This document shows positions 54,900 through 64,000 of a DNA stretch of 64,000 bases, one piece after another. The notes beneath the pieces were generated by a model, which was not told the DNA's origin, made no database searches, and was given only the letters and a program-made list of their open reading frames with translations. Position 1 is the first letter of the stretch. Each line of letters opens with the position of its first letter. Source of the DNA: an uncultured Candidatus Saccharibacteria bacterium (GTDB lineage Bacteria; Patescibacteriota; Minisyncoccia; Phycocordibacterales; UBA2100); the NCBI GenBank assembly GCA_964399865.1, contig CAYNRJ010000001.1, positions 67,727 through 131,726 on the forward strand, in the 5' to 3' direction. The translations under genes and the position numbers were made by a program.

Positions 54900-56352
54900 A
54901 CTGAATGTTCTTGAACTGCCAAGGATCAGTTTTATCTATATCCTCTGGAAAGTATGGCTCACGGCCTTTGATCGGGTTCCAGTCTGTGTATGCGCCGGTC
55001 ATTTTGCCCATGTACGGTTCGATTATTTCCATCACACGCTCGAAATCCATCTCATCCGCCTCAACAACCCCCGCGCGAGGATTTTCCATCGCCCAGATCA
55101 TGCCGCCCAGGACTCCTGCTGTCACCTGAAGACCCGTCGCATTTTGATATGGCGCGAGCTTTCTCGTCTCGTCAATCGTAAGTTGTGAACCGTACCAATA
55201 GGCGTTTTTCTTATGACCCATGACGAGGACTCCGAGCTCGTCCATACCACTTACAATGTCGTCCATGAGGATGAGCTGCTCCTTCTGTAATTCAAAATTA
55301 TTTCCGAAACATTCTTCGATCGAAAGAATTGACGCATCACATGATCGGTATGCGTAGTGGACAGTTGGTCGATACGTCGCCTTTCCTTTCGCATCTTTGA
55401 TGCTGTAGTAATCAGCAATGGATACAGATTCGTTATGAGTCACCGCGCGCCCGAGGAAGGGACCATGCTTAGGCGTCCAGGTACGCACCAGTGTCTTTGC
55501 GCCCGGTTGGTCGAGATAGATGGAAGCGCCAGAGCCATATGGATGCTGATGTCCGCCACGGGGAAGTTGTTTTTCATGGGTACCCCAACCAAGTTCGCAT
55601 GGCTGGCAGACACCCTCTGAATGAAATCCGAACACTGACCAAGTATTCTCGAATCTCCCGACTTTTTTTGGCTTGTCGGTTACCTGGGAGTCATACTCCG
55701 CGATGTGCACTGCCTTGACGCCGAGGTGTTGCATGAGCGCTGCCCATTCCTCGCGCTCCTTTGGTGGTTTGATAGGGAAGTGGACGTCACGTGCAATCTG
55801 AAGGAGCGCCGCTTTCAAAAAGTGCGACACGATCCCTGGGTTGGCTCCGTGAGTTGATACAGCTGTTGGTCCTCCTGCGAATTTCTTCTTAAGAGGGAGC
55901 ATCGCTTCTCGAAGTCCATAATTTGAACGCTCCGTAATGGAAAGTTTCGGATCTGTGTAGCCACCAAGCCACGGCTCCACAACGGTATCCAAGTAAAGAA
56001 TGTCTCGCTTATTGCAATACTCCATCAAATCGATAGAAGAAACGTCCACCGAGAGATTCAGGAGGAAATCGCCCGGTGCAAGATACTTATCCAAAACCTG
56101 CTTGTAGTTATCTTTTCGAAGTGGATCAATAGTAAATTTAACGCCCTCTTCTCTTGCTACCGCTTTTCCAAGATTATCTGCCGCGATGACGGATATTCTT
56201 TTCTTATCAATACCAATATGTCTTAAAATAAGCGGCAAAACTCCCTGACCAATTGATCCGAGACCCACGATAAGGATCTTCCCTGGGAAAGTTACGTGCA
56301 CTTTATATTTCTTCTCTGCCTTGACGGACTTCTTCTGCCACATTTTTTGCAT
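54892..56352 (-). CDS. hss: homospermidine synthase / saccharopine-dehydrogenase-family NAD enzyme
   Basis: N-terminal Rossmann ILIVGLGSIGQG; ~480-aa length and overall layout typical of bacterial homospermidine synthase. Confidence 0.5.
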   Translation of the reverse strand: MQKMWQKKSVKAEKKYKVHVTFPGKILIVGLGSIGQGVLPLILRHIGIDKKRISVIAADNLGKAVAREEGVKFTIDPLRKDNYKQVLDKYLAPGDFLLNLSVDVSSIDLMEYCNKRDILYLDTVVEPWLGGYTDPKLSITERSNYGLREAMLPLKKKFAGGPTAVSTHGANPGIVSHFLKAALLQIARDVHFPIKPPKEREEWAALMQHLGVKAVHIAEYDSQVTDKPKKVGRFENTWSVFGFHSEGVCQPCELGWGTHEKQLPRGGHQHPYGSGASIYLDQPGAKTLVRTWTPKHGPFLGRAVTHNESVSIADYYSIKDAKGKATYRPTVHYAYRSCDASILSIEECFGNNFELQKEQLILMDDIVSGMDELGVLVMGHKKNAYWYGSQLTIDETRKLAPYQNATGLQVTAGVLGGMIWAMENPRAGVVEADEMDFERVMEIIEPYMGKMTGAYTDWNPIKGREPYFPEDIDKTDPWQFKNIQFN

Positions 56353-56429
56353 TACTTAGTGATGTAAATAAGTTGTACTCACAAATCTCTATCCGCCTTT
56401 ATAACATGCTCACCGCAAAATACACGGGG

Positions 56430-57470
56430 TTATCCCTGTTTTTGCTCCCCAGTGATTCGAGAGTAGTAAAACTTCCACGTTAGGGACGCAATCCAGTCGT
56501 ACATTTCGACGATCAAATTTTTTCCTTCAGGGCCGCGAGCGGCTATCGCTGGGCATCCGATACGTGAACGATCTTCAGTAGGTAGAGATAGCTCGTTTTT
56601 AACAGCACTCGTAATGGCCGTGAGATAGTCTGGTTTCAGATCCAAGTAGTACGAGCCGTTTTTTTCTCGAATATCAAGGCCATGCATCCTTGAGGTTTCT
56701 TCTCGCGCATCACCCTTAATGATCCGCTCCTGAATCGTACTAAAAGCACTCGCTTCGAGGGACGCGAGGTACAACACAAATTCGCGACCAGCCTCGGTGA
56801 GCTTTCGGAGCTCGTCATTCGAGGGCATACGGCCAAACTTTTCATTAAACGTCCTAGGTATCGCTTCAAGAAGTGTGAAAGAGAGCTCAGTCGCAGTATC
56901 GAGCCCACCCCATACGTGTTTCTCAGGCGTAGACATATCATTTTCTATAGCGCGGCCCGAGAGAAGCAGTAGATCGCTATATCTTGCGAATGCTCTCGCC
57001 TCGTACGAGGGTTTTCCGTTTACCTCAATGGGGGCATCGTGTGTTTTCTCAAAAAATTCTTCTGCCTGGGCATACAAAGTATCGAAGCAAAGCTTCCGCA
57101 TATATTGCAATCCCCGACTCGGATCCTTTTCGAACATTCGCTCGACCTCTTCGTACGGAACAGGAACAAATGTGCTGTTGATAAAACGGCCCGATCCAAG
57201 CGTAAGCGGGTTCTCCTTCATCCAGTTCGTTGCATTCTTCCAAATATGTTCTGCAAAATGAGCCGCCATCGCGTTTATCTCTGCATAATTAGAGAGTTTT
57301 CTCGCTTCGGTAAGAGAGTCGTCGCTGTGAGTAGCTAAAGTATCCACTGTGCTGCGAATATTTTCTTTCGGTATTGCGTCCATCAGTGCCTTCATAGACG
57401 CGCGTAGACCTACATCAACTTCAGAATCCCTCTTCTCGATAGTAGAAGCAGTCACGCGTTCGAAGTTCAT
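56430..57470 (-). CDS. hypothetical protein
   Basis: 346-aa ORF (start at MNFERV so it does not overlap ung); no recognisable motif. Confidence 0.45.
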   Translation of the reverse strand: MNFERVTASTIEKRDSEVDVGLRASMKALMDAIPKENIRSTVDTLATHSDDSLTEARKLSNYAEINAMAAHFAEHIWKNATNWMKENPLTLGSGRFINSTFVPVPYEEVERMFEKDPSRGLQYMRKLCFDTLYAQAEEFFEKTHDAPIEVNGKPSYEARAFARYSDLLLLSGRAIENDMSTPEKHVWGGLDTATELSFTLLEAIPRTFNEKFGRMPSNDELRKLTEAGREFVLYLASLEASAFSTIQERIIKGDAREETSRMHGLDIREKNGSYYLDLKPDYLTAITSAVKNELSLPTEDRSRIGCPAIAARGPEGKNLIVEMYDWIASLTWKFYYSRITGEQKQG

Positions 57471-57516
57471 GGTGCAATAGTACGGCCCGCAGGGGATTCT
57501 GTATATACTGGTATCA

Positions 57517-58197
57517 ATGAATACCGGTACAGATGTGAAAATCGAGCCGTCCTGGAAGGAAGCTCTCAAAGATGAGTTCGGCAAAGAGTACTGGACGAAG
57601 CTGACGGAATTTGTGAAAGGGGAATACAGCCATGCGATCGTATATCCTCCGCCGAGAAACATATTTCGTGCGTTTGAGCTCTGTCCATTCGACAAAGTAG
57701 AGGTAGTAATCCTTGGGCAAGATCCATATCACGGAGCGAATCAAGCAAATGGGCTCTGTTTTGCGGTGAGCGAGGGTGTACCACTGCCTCCGTCGCTTCA
57801 AAATATATTTAAGGAGATTGAAAGTGACCTCGGAAAACCACTCGAACACCGAACAGGGGATTTGGAACGCTGGGCGAAACAAGGTGTCCTTCTTTTAAAT
57901 GCCACGCTCACTGTAAAGGCGCGCGCAGCAGGCTCTCATCAAGGAAAAGGCTGGGAAGAATTCACCGATGCCGTGATTCGTGTCCTCTCGGAAAAGAAAA
58001 AGAATCTCGTATTCATTCTGTGGGGTAACTACGCCAAATCTAAGGGCGCTCACATTGATCGCACTAAGCACTGTGTCATCGAATCACCGCACCCTTCGCC
58101 ATTCTCCGCTTACAACGGCTTTTTTGGATCAAAGCCATTCAGCAAGACGAACGAGTATCTGGCGGCAAACAACAAAAAACCCATCGATTGGCTCTAA
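57517..58197 (+). CDS. ung: uracil-DNA glycosylase (family 1)
   Basis: GQDPYHG water-activating loop, HPSPLS motif. Confidence 0.9.
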   Translation: MNTGTDVKIEPSWKEALKDEFGKEYWTKLTEFVKGEYSHAIVYPPPRNIFRAFELCPFDKVEVVILGQDPYHGANQANGLCFAVSEGVPLPPSLQNIFKEIESDLGKPLEHRTGDLERWAKQGVLLLNATLTVKARAAGSHQGKGWEEFTDAVIRVLSEKKKNLVFILWGNYAKSKGAHIDRTKHCVIESPHPSPFSAYNGFFGSKPFSKTNEYLAANNKKPIDWL

Positions 58198-58232
58198 GAT
58201 TACGTCGATGAGATGTCATCTCATCCCGTTTT

Positions 58233-59504
58233 TTATGAACGCAAAAGTGCGAGAAGCGCAGCGGAATTTGTATGCGGACCGATAACCGCGAGATTTAGAG
58301 TTTTCGTTTTAAAGATATCCTTCGCGACACGCTGCACATCAGAAGCTGTCACTTTATCAATACCCTCCAAGATTTCCTCGAGCGTGCGAACTTTTCCGAC
58401 GTTTATGAGTGAAGTTGCTGCATTTTCGGCGATGGCATCACTTGTTTCAAGCGCAAGCGTAAATGTGCCTCGCATGTAGGCCTTAATTTTCTTTAGCTCT
58501 GCGGCAGGAACTGGCGCGCGCTTCATTTTCTTCAGCTCATTTAGGATGGTTTCTACCGCTTTCTCCAATTTCCCATGTTCCACGCCCGCCTGCACAACAA
58601 AATAGCCAGTGTCAGGGTATTTATCAGTCCAGGCGCGCACAGAATAGGCGAGTCCACGCTTCTCGCGTACTTCCATAAAGAGACGGCTCGACATACCCGC
58701 GCCAAGGATGGCCGTGAGCACTTCGAGTGCGTATTCGTCCTTGTGTAAATACGGATACGCAGGCATTCCAAGCATCAGCTGCGTCTGATCTGTTTTCTTT
58801 TCTTTAATGAGAATACGAGGGGAGTCTTGTTCGGGCGAGAAACGAATGTAATCCGGTGGATTTCCGTGCTTCAAGCCCCCGAATTCTCTATTGATCTTCG
58901 CAAGCACTGATTTCTCATTAAATCCGCCAGCTACACAGACGACGGTATTTAACGGTGTGTAGTTACGTTTTAGATACGCAGCAAAATCTTTGCGTTTGAA
59001 AGTCCTAATATTTTCTTTGGGACCGAGAATATTTCGTCCCAGTGGATGTTCTTTGCCGAAAATAAGTACATCAAACACATCTCCGATAGTGCGCATTGGC
59101 ATATCTTCGTACATGTCGATTTCCTGGATGACCGCACCTCGCTCCTTCGTAATTTCTTTTACCGGAAGCGTAGAATTTAGAAAAATATCACTTATGACAT
59201 CGAGTGCTGTATCGAGATAACGGCTACTGACCTTTGCGTAGTACGCAGTCCTCTCCTTTGATGTGAAAGCGTTGTACACGCTACCGATTGAATCGAGTTC
59301 TTCACTGATAGCACGTGCACTGGGACGTTTTTTTGTACCCTTGAAAAACATGTGCTCCAGAAAGTGAGCTAGACCGTTCTCTTTCTGATCCTCGTATCTT
59401 GAGCCCGTACCCGTCATCACGATGACAGTTGCAGTCTTTCCGTCCTTTACGGGAACCAGAACGACTCGTAGGCCATTTTTAAGAGTATGGATGTAGTGCT
59501 TCAT
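58233..59504 (-). CDS. M16-family zinc peptidase (insulinase-like)
   Basis: HFLEHMFFKGT inverted zinc-binding motif (HxxEH); start at MKHYIHTL. Confidence 0.8.
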   Translation of the reverse strand: MKHYIHTLKNGLRVVLVPVKDGKTATVIVMTGTGSRYEDQKENGLAHFLEHMFFKGTKKRPSARAISEELDSIGSVYNAFTSKERTAYYAKVSSRYLDTALDVISDIFLNSTLPVKEITKERGAVIQEIDMYEDMPMRTIGDVFDVLIFGKEHPLGRNILGPKENIRTFKRKDFAAYLKRNYTPLNTVVCVAGGFNEKSVLAKINREFGGLKHGNPPDYIRFSPEQDSPRILIKEKKTDQTQLMLGMPAYPYLHKDEYALEVLTAILGAGMSSRLFMEVREKRGLAYSVRAWTDKYPDTGYFVVQAGVEHGKLEKAVETILNELKKMKRAPVPAAELKKIKAYMRGTFTLALETSDAIAENAATSLINVGKVRTLEEILEGIDKVTASDVQRVAKDIFKTKTLNLAVIGPHTNSAALLALLRS

Positions 59505-59609
59505 GTGGGCGCATAGTATCCTTTCTATGAGAGTCAGGCAAAGTAGATTGACAATAGGTATATGCTCTATAGCGTGTATGTAGTGCAACCTTAGCAGGAA
59601 GGATAAACG

Positions 59610-60170
59610 ATGGCCCCGCCGTTCTTGGTGCTGCGCGAAACCAAGCGCATTGTGCTCGCGAGACCGTTCGATCCTCGTGAGTTCTTCGGCCGGAAGAGGA
59701 AGGCGCCGCATTTCTTCTTACTCAATGATGTTTTGTCTTTGGCTCGACCTGTGGATGCTGGCACGGAATTCGACGTCCACATTTTCGAGGTCGGTAGTCG
59801 CGAGGTGTCACTCGACGCACTAGCAACACGCGGGATTAATACAACCGAGGAGTTTGTTGCGTCTTTGGATAAGCTGATGCCCACTATTCAGAATATCCGA
59901 GCAGCATTGCCGACCCCGAGATACTTTGAACCAACGGCATTGTGTGCGGTCCTTGGCGCCATACTCGATCCGCAGCTTAACGGCTCCGAAGGCGACTTGA
60001 GTACACAGCATGACAATCTGTTCTTTGCGGAATCGTGCTGGGTCTTCGCTAGGTGCGTCGAGTGGAGCGAACCTGGAGAAGAGCTGAAACTATGGACAGT
60101 CAACAGCATGCCGCTGTCCCATCAGACGAGCTACAGTCGGGGGCCTTATGTGTTTGCGCCCGCGCTATGA
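59610..60170 (+). CDS. hypothetical protein
   Basis: AGGAAGGA RBS; 186 aa; followed by a terminator; no recognisable motif. Confidence 0.45.
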   Translation: MAPPFLVLRETKRIVLARPFDPREFFGRKRKAPHFFLLNDVLSLARPVDAGTEFDVHIFEVGSREVSLDALATRGINTTEEFVASLDKLMPTIQNIRAALPTPRYFEPTALCAVLGAILDPQLNGSEGDLSTQHDNLFFAESCWVFARCVEWSEPGEELKLWTVNSMPLSHQTSYSRGPYVFAPAL

Positions 60171-60176
60171 CGCTCA

Positions 60177-60210
60177 AGGGGTCGCGTTCGCGCGGCCTCT
60201 TTGCTTTTTT
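60177..60210 (+). terminator. intrinsic terminator upstream of alaS
   Basis: AGGGGTCGCG-TTCG-CGCGGCCTCT stem (two wobble pairs) followed by TTGCTTTTTT. Confidence 0.5.
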
Positions 60211-60235
60211 AGCTAGAAACGGTACTCTTTTCGGA

Positions 60236-62158
60236 ATGACTCTTAACGAAGTAAGGTCTAAATACCTAGCTTTCTTAGAGAAGCACGGCCACGTCATAAT
60301 ACCGAGTGCCCCAATCGTGCCTCAGAATGACCCGACGACCCTTTTTACTGGAAGCGGCATGCAGCCGCTTGTTCCATACCTCCTCGGAAAACCACATCCA
60401 AAAGGTAGCCGCCTTGTAAATAGCCAAAAATCTTTCCGTGCGGAAGATATCGAGGAGATCGGCGATAATCGTCACACCACATTTTTCGAGATGCTCGGTA
60501 ACTGGTCGCTCGGAGATTATTTCAAAAAAGAACAGTTGCCATTTTTCTTTGGATTTCTTACAGATGAAATTAAACTCGATCCGAAACGTTTGTACGTAAC
60601 GGTCTTCATCGGTGATGAAAAAAATAATGTGCCTCGAGATACTGAATCTGCAGGAATTTGGAAGGAGCAGTTTGCGAAGAAGGGCATTGATGCAAAAGAG
60701 GTCGTGATCGGATCAGAAGAGGACGGCTATCGTCTTGGCATGCAGGGCGGCCGCATCTTTTACTACAACGCGAAGAAGAATTGGTGGAGTCGCGCAGGAG
60801 TTCCTGAAAATATGCCTGCAGGTGAGCCGGGAGGACCGGATTCCGAGGTGTTTTATGACTTTGGAACGCCCCACGATGCAAAATTCGGTAATGAGTGCCA
60901 TCCAAACTGCGACTGCGGACGATTCCTTGAGATAGGGAACTCGGTTTTCATGCAGTACATCAAGAAAGAGGATGGCACATTTGCCCTTCTTCCTAAGCAA
61001 AATGTCGATTTCGGAGGCGGCCTAGAGCGTATTACAGCAGCATCAAATGGAGATCCGGATGTCTTTGGCACCGATGCATTTCAAGATGTAATTGGGCTAC
61101 TCGAGAAATTCTCAGACAAACTTTACACCGACAGCCGCTATCAGAGATCGTTCCGCATCGTCGCGGACCATGTCCGCGCAGCAGTCTTTATGATCGGAGA
61201 TGGGGTCATTCCATCAAACACCGAGCGCGGATACGTCCTCCGTCGCCTTATTCGTCGTGCAGCTCAGCATACGGCAAAGCTAGGTACATCTGACAAGGAT
61301 GAAGATGACAGCATGCTCGTGCGCGCGGCGATCATGTTCATCGAAAAGTACAAACATGCGTATTCAGAGCTCGACGGCGAGGCTACATACGAAAAAATTA
61401 AAGAGGAGATTTGGAAGGAGGAGAAGCAATTCGCAAAAACTCTCACAAACGGTCTCCGAGAGTTTGAAAAGATCGCACTACAAGGAAAAATCTCCGGTGA
61501 AGAAGGTTTTGTACTATTTTCGACGTACGGATTCCCCTTTGAAATGACTCGAGAACTCGCAAAGGAGCGCGGAATCGCAGTCGACGACGAAGGATTTAAG
61601 CTAAAGATGAAAGAACACAGCGAATTATCGCGCGCAGGAGGGGAAAAGAAATTCAAGGGAGGTCTTGCGGATTCATCCGAAGCAACAACACGCCTCCACA
61701 CCACACACCACCTTCTTCTTCGCGCACTTCAGATCGTCCTTGGTCCTCACGTGAAGCAGCGCGGCTCAAATATCACACAAGAGCGTCTCCGAATAGACTT
61801 TTCACACGGTGACAAAATGACTCCTGAGCAAATCCTGGAGGTAGAACGCATAGTGAACGAAAAAATCCGCGAAAAATTGCCCGTAACTCACTCAACTCTT
61901 CCAAAAGAAGAGGCGGAAAAGCTCGGCGCAGAGCACGAGTTCGGTGCAAAGTATCCAGATGTGGTTTCCGTCTATTCCGTGGGACCATCCGGCGCATCGC
62001 TCGCAAATCCACAATTCGACAAAGCATTTTCAATAGAATTTTGCGGTGGTCCGCACGTAACCAACACTGAAGAGATTGCAAAGGCAGGAACTTTCAAGAT
62101 AAAGAAGGAGGAGGCAGTCGCAATGGGTATTCGCCGCATCAAAGGCGTGTTGGTATAG
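60236..62158 (+). CDS. alaS: alanyl-tRNA synthetase, short form lacking the C-Ala domain
   Basis: Class II catalytic core, tRNA-recognition and editing domain (HTTHHLL...H motif); 640 aa from MTLNEV. Confidence 0.9.
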   Translation: MTLNEVRSKYLAFLEKHGHVIIPSAPIVPQNDPTTLFTGSGMQPLVPYLLGKPHPKGSRLVNSQKSFRAEDIEEIGDNRHTTFFEMLGNWSLGDYFKKEQLPFFFGFLTDEIKLDPKRLYVTVFIGDEKNNVPRDTESAGIWKEQFAKKGIDAKEVVIGSEEDGYRLGMQGGRIFYYNAKKNWWSRAGVPENMPAGEPGGPDSEVFYDFGTPHDAKFGNECHPNCDCGRFLEIGNSVFMQYIKKEDGTFALLPKQNVDFGGGLERITAASNGDPDVFGTDAFQDVIGLLEKFSDKLYTDSRYQRSFRIVADHVRAAVFMIGDGVIPSNTERGYVLRRLIRRAAQHTAKLGTSDKDEDDSMLVRAAIMFIEKYKHAYSELDGEATYEKIKEEIWKEEKQFAKTLTNGLREFEKIALQGKISGEEGFVLFSTYGFPFEMTRELAKERGIAVDDEGFKLKMKEHSELSRAGGEKKFKGGLADSSEATTRLHTTHHLLLRALQIVLGPHVKQRGSNITQERLRIDFSHGDKMTPEQILEVERIVNEKIREKLPVTHSTLPKEEAEKLGAEHEFGAKYPDVVSVYSVGPSGASLANPQFDKAFSIEFCGGPHVTNTEEIAKAGTFKIKKEEAVAMGIRRIKGVLV

Positions 62159-62205
62159 TAATCATAGACAGACGGTCACGTCTGTTGATCAGATAGGAGG
62201 TCGTG

Positions 62206-62397
62206 ATGAACGATGAGGACATGTACCGTCCCTTGACCGGTGAGGAGGTCAGGGAAGGCGCGAGGGTCTCCCGTCACGGAAACGAAAACGTGCTTTCGCG
62301 GGCATGCTATTCGCTGACCTTCACGCTTATCGAGCCATTCCTGATGCTCGGTATTCTGATGGTCGCTACGCTGATCAAGGATGCACGCTCCTGGTGA
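62206..62397 (+). CDS. small membrane protein on a GC-rich island
   Basis: AGGAGG 6 nt upstream; 63 aa with hydrophobic C-terminus (LIEPFLMLGILMVATLI); followed by a GC-rich hairpin. Confidence 0.4.
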   Translation: MNDEDMYRPLTGEEVREGARVSRHGNENVLSRACYSLTFTLIEPFLMLGILMVATLIKDARSW

Positions 62398-62417
62398 CTG
62401 CATCGCCTTGGGCTGCA

Positions 62418-62456
62418 GAGGCGGCGGAGATTACGATCCCGCCGCCTCAACAGTTT
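62418..62456 (+). terminator. GC-rich terminator-like hairpin
   Basis: GAGGCGGCGG-(11-nt loop)-CCGCCGCCTC followed by AACAGTTTTAAT (weak U-tract). Confidence 0.35.
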
Positions 62457-62508
62457 TAATACACACGATAGGACAGAGAAAAAAAATACAGGAGGTATAC
62501 TAGTAGGT

Positions 62509-63654
62509 ATGTTAGGTATGGGAACCAGCAGCCCTCACGGGAAGATTTTTGCCGTTGCAGATATAGGAAGCGGTAGCGCGAGTGTCGCTATTTGCGCTGC
62601 GAGCCACGGCAGACCGGCTCGCATAATTTCCGCCCAATCGACAGTTCTCCCGATCGGCGATCGAAAAGGGGACGCGACGATGACTGGAGTTATTGCAGCG
62701 CTTTCTGAAAGTGCCAATAAAGCATTGACCGCCGCACAAGCTACGAAAATTGGTCACATTCAAAACGTATACGCAATCATTCGCGCACCATGGACCACCT
62801 CAAAGGCAATACGTGCAACTAAAAAATTCCCTACAGACGAAAAAATTAACGATGCTGTCATAAATGCCCTTGCTAAGGAAGCCCTCGGAGCAGAAAAGGA
62901 CCTCGATATCTCAAAACTTCTCGAGGCAAGCGTTGTGAGAGTCGAATTGAACGGTTATCCGACCGCAAATCCAATAGGTAAGCACGCCCACGCGGTTGTC
63001 GTTGCCGCTATCGCGAGCGAATGCGATCCGAGAATGAAAATGGCCGTTGAGGATACACTTTCAAAGGTATTCTCATCAAAACCAGCACTTCGCTCAGGAA
63101 CTCGAACACTTCTCACCGTACTTCGAGAGCGCTCGTCAGCGTATGCGGACTACCTTATTGTCGATATGACAAGTGAGGCGACGAGCATCATCTCAGTCCA
63201 TAAAGGAACCCCGATGGGACATGTGGTAGTAGCGGAGGGAACTCGAACGATCCTTAAAAGAGTGGCGGGTAAGGGGCTGCCAGAAGAAACTCTGACCCTT
63301 ATTCGAATGCTCGCGCAGGATCACTGTGAAGATTCAGCGTGCGAAGCGGTAAAAGAGGGGATGGCACGTGCAGAACAAGATCTTATAAAGACTTTCGGAG
63401 AAGCGATGGCAAAATTAGTCACCGTCCGCCGACTTCCGAGAAATCTCGTTCTGTCAGCCGAGCTTCCTATGGCGGAATGGCTCTCCCACTTCTTTTCTCG
63501 AATAGATTTCACCCAATTCACGATTACAGCCCAGCCTTTCAGTGTCGAAATCTTAAGCGCTGAAGACCTTTCAACCCTCGTTGCTACGCAGAGTAAGACG
63601 CCAGACATCGGACTTATGAGCGCTGTAGCGCTTGTCAACAGCGATCTTCGGTAA
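62509..63654 (+). CDS. ASKHA-superfamily (actin / Ppx-GppA-like) protein, function unknown
   Basis: N-terminal phosphate-1 motif IFAVADIGSGSASVAI; second motif region degenerate (LIVDMTSEATSII). Confidence 0.4.
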   Translation: MLGMGTSSPHGKIFAVADIGSGSASVAICAASHGRPARIISAQSTVLPIGDRKGDATMTGVIAALSESANKALTAAQATKIGHIQNVYAIIRAPWTTSKAIRATKKFPTDEKINDAVINALAKEALGAEKDLDISKLLEASVVRVELNGYPTANPIGKHAHAVVVAAIASECDPRMKMAVEDTLSKVFSSKPALRSGTRTLLTVLRERSSAYADYLIVDMTSEATSIISVHKGTPMGHVVVAEGTRTILKRVAGKGLPEETLTLIRMLAQDHCEDSACEAVKEGMARAEQDLIKTFGEAMAKLVTVRRLPRNLVLSAELPMAEWLSHFFSRIDFTQFTITAQPFSVEILSAEDLSTLVATQSKTPDIGLMSAVALVNSDLR

Positions 63655-63683
63655 TAGCCAAACCGCAGTGGTACAATTGCCAA

Positions 63684-64000
63684 ATGGTTAAAGATTATTT
63701 CCAGGATATTTTGCCCCCACAAGGTTCCTCAAACTCTTCCGCGGGGAAGACGCCTTCGTCACCCACCTCAATTCCGATTAACACTTCCGATTCCTCCGAG
63801 GAGGAGCCAGCTTTTGTGCCACCCGAGCCGGCCGCACGATCAATACGCAATATTTCTGTCGTATCCAGACCCCCTCGTCGTCCAGCATTTTCAGACAATC
63901 GTGGCGGAGGAATGGGTGGACCTGACTCGCGTAAAAAGGGAGGTAAGAAATGGTTGATGATGATCGTCGTCGCTGTCGTTCTGGCGCTGTTACTAGCACT
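63684..64000 (+). CDS. hypothetical Ser/Pro-rich protein with a TM segment; partial, runs off the window
   Basis: Open frame from ATG 63684 to the window end; ends in WLMMIVVAVVLALLLA. Confidence 0.35.
   Translation, partial: MVKDYFQDILPPQGSSNSSAGKTPSSPTSIPINTSDSSEEEPAFVPPEPAARSIRNISVVSRPPRRPAFSDNRGGGMGGPDSRKKGGKKWLMMIVVAVVLALLLA

Overview
This 64 kb window reads like a small, gene-dense bacterial chromosome segment. Overall GC looks about 50% by eye, genes are short and tightly packed, many overlapping by 1-4 nt, and several enzymes are archaeal or eukaryotic type (cupin PGI, class I FBA). That combination is reminiscent of a Patescibacteria/CPR-like organism. Almost all coding capacity is housekeeping: cell division (ftsZ, ftsA), translation (rpsU, rpsA, rplU, pth, hisS-like, lysS, tyrS, alaS, mnmA, tRNA-Ala), nucleotide excision repair (uvrA, uvrB, a short uvrC), other DNA repair (ung, mpg, MGMT domain, recR, rmuC, dnaB, a Cas4-like nuclease), carAB, murB, ddl, mltG, tdh-kbl, fba, glpX, trxB, msrA, lepB, an ECF sigma/anti-sigma pair, transporters, and a large Cys/Gly-rich surface protein. 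Two things are not explained by ordinary genes. (1) Three copies of a ~120-nt GC-rich structured element at 1-118, 4497-4616 and 10512-10633. Their core is conserved, but the outer arms are completely different between copies while staying complementary within each copy, and the inner hairpins show compensatory base changes. That pattern suggests a structured ncRNA or an attC-like structured mobile element. (2) At least five small GC-rich 'mini-cassettes' inserted at the 3' ends of housekeeping genes. Each has its own RBS/promoter-like signals, one small unrelated orphan ORF (a secreted protein, a pseudo-receiver domain, small membrane proteins) and its own GC-rich intrinsic terminator. There are also candidate leader/attenuator elements upstream of tyrS (T-box-like) and carA (a 1:2/2:3/3:4 attenuator with two hairpin+U-tract units). 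No CRISPR array, rRNA or obvious transposase was seen.
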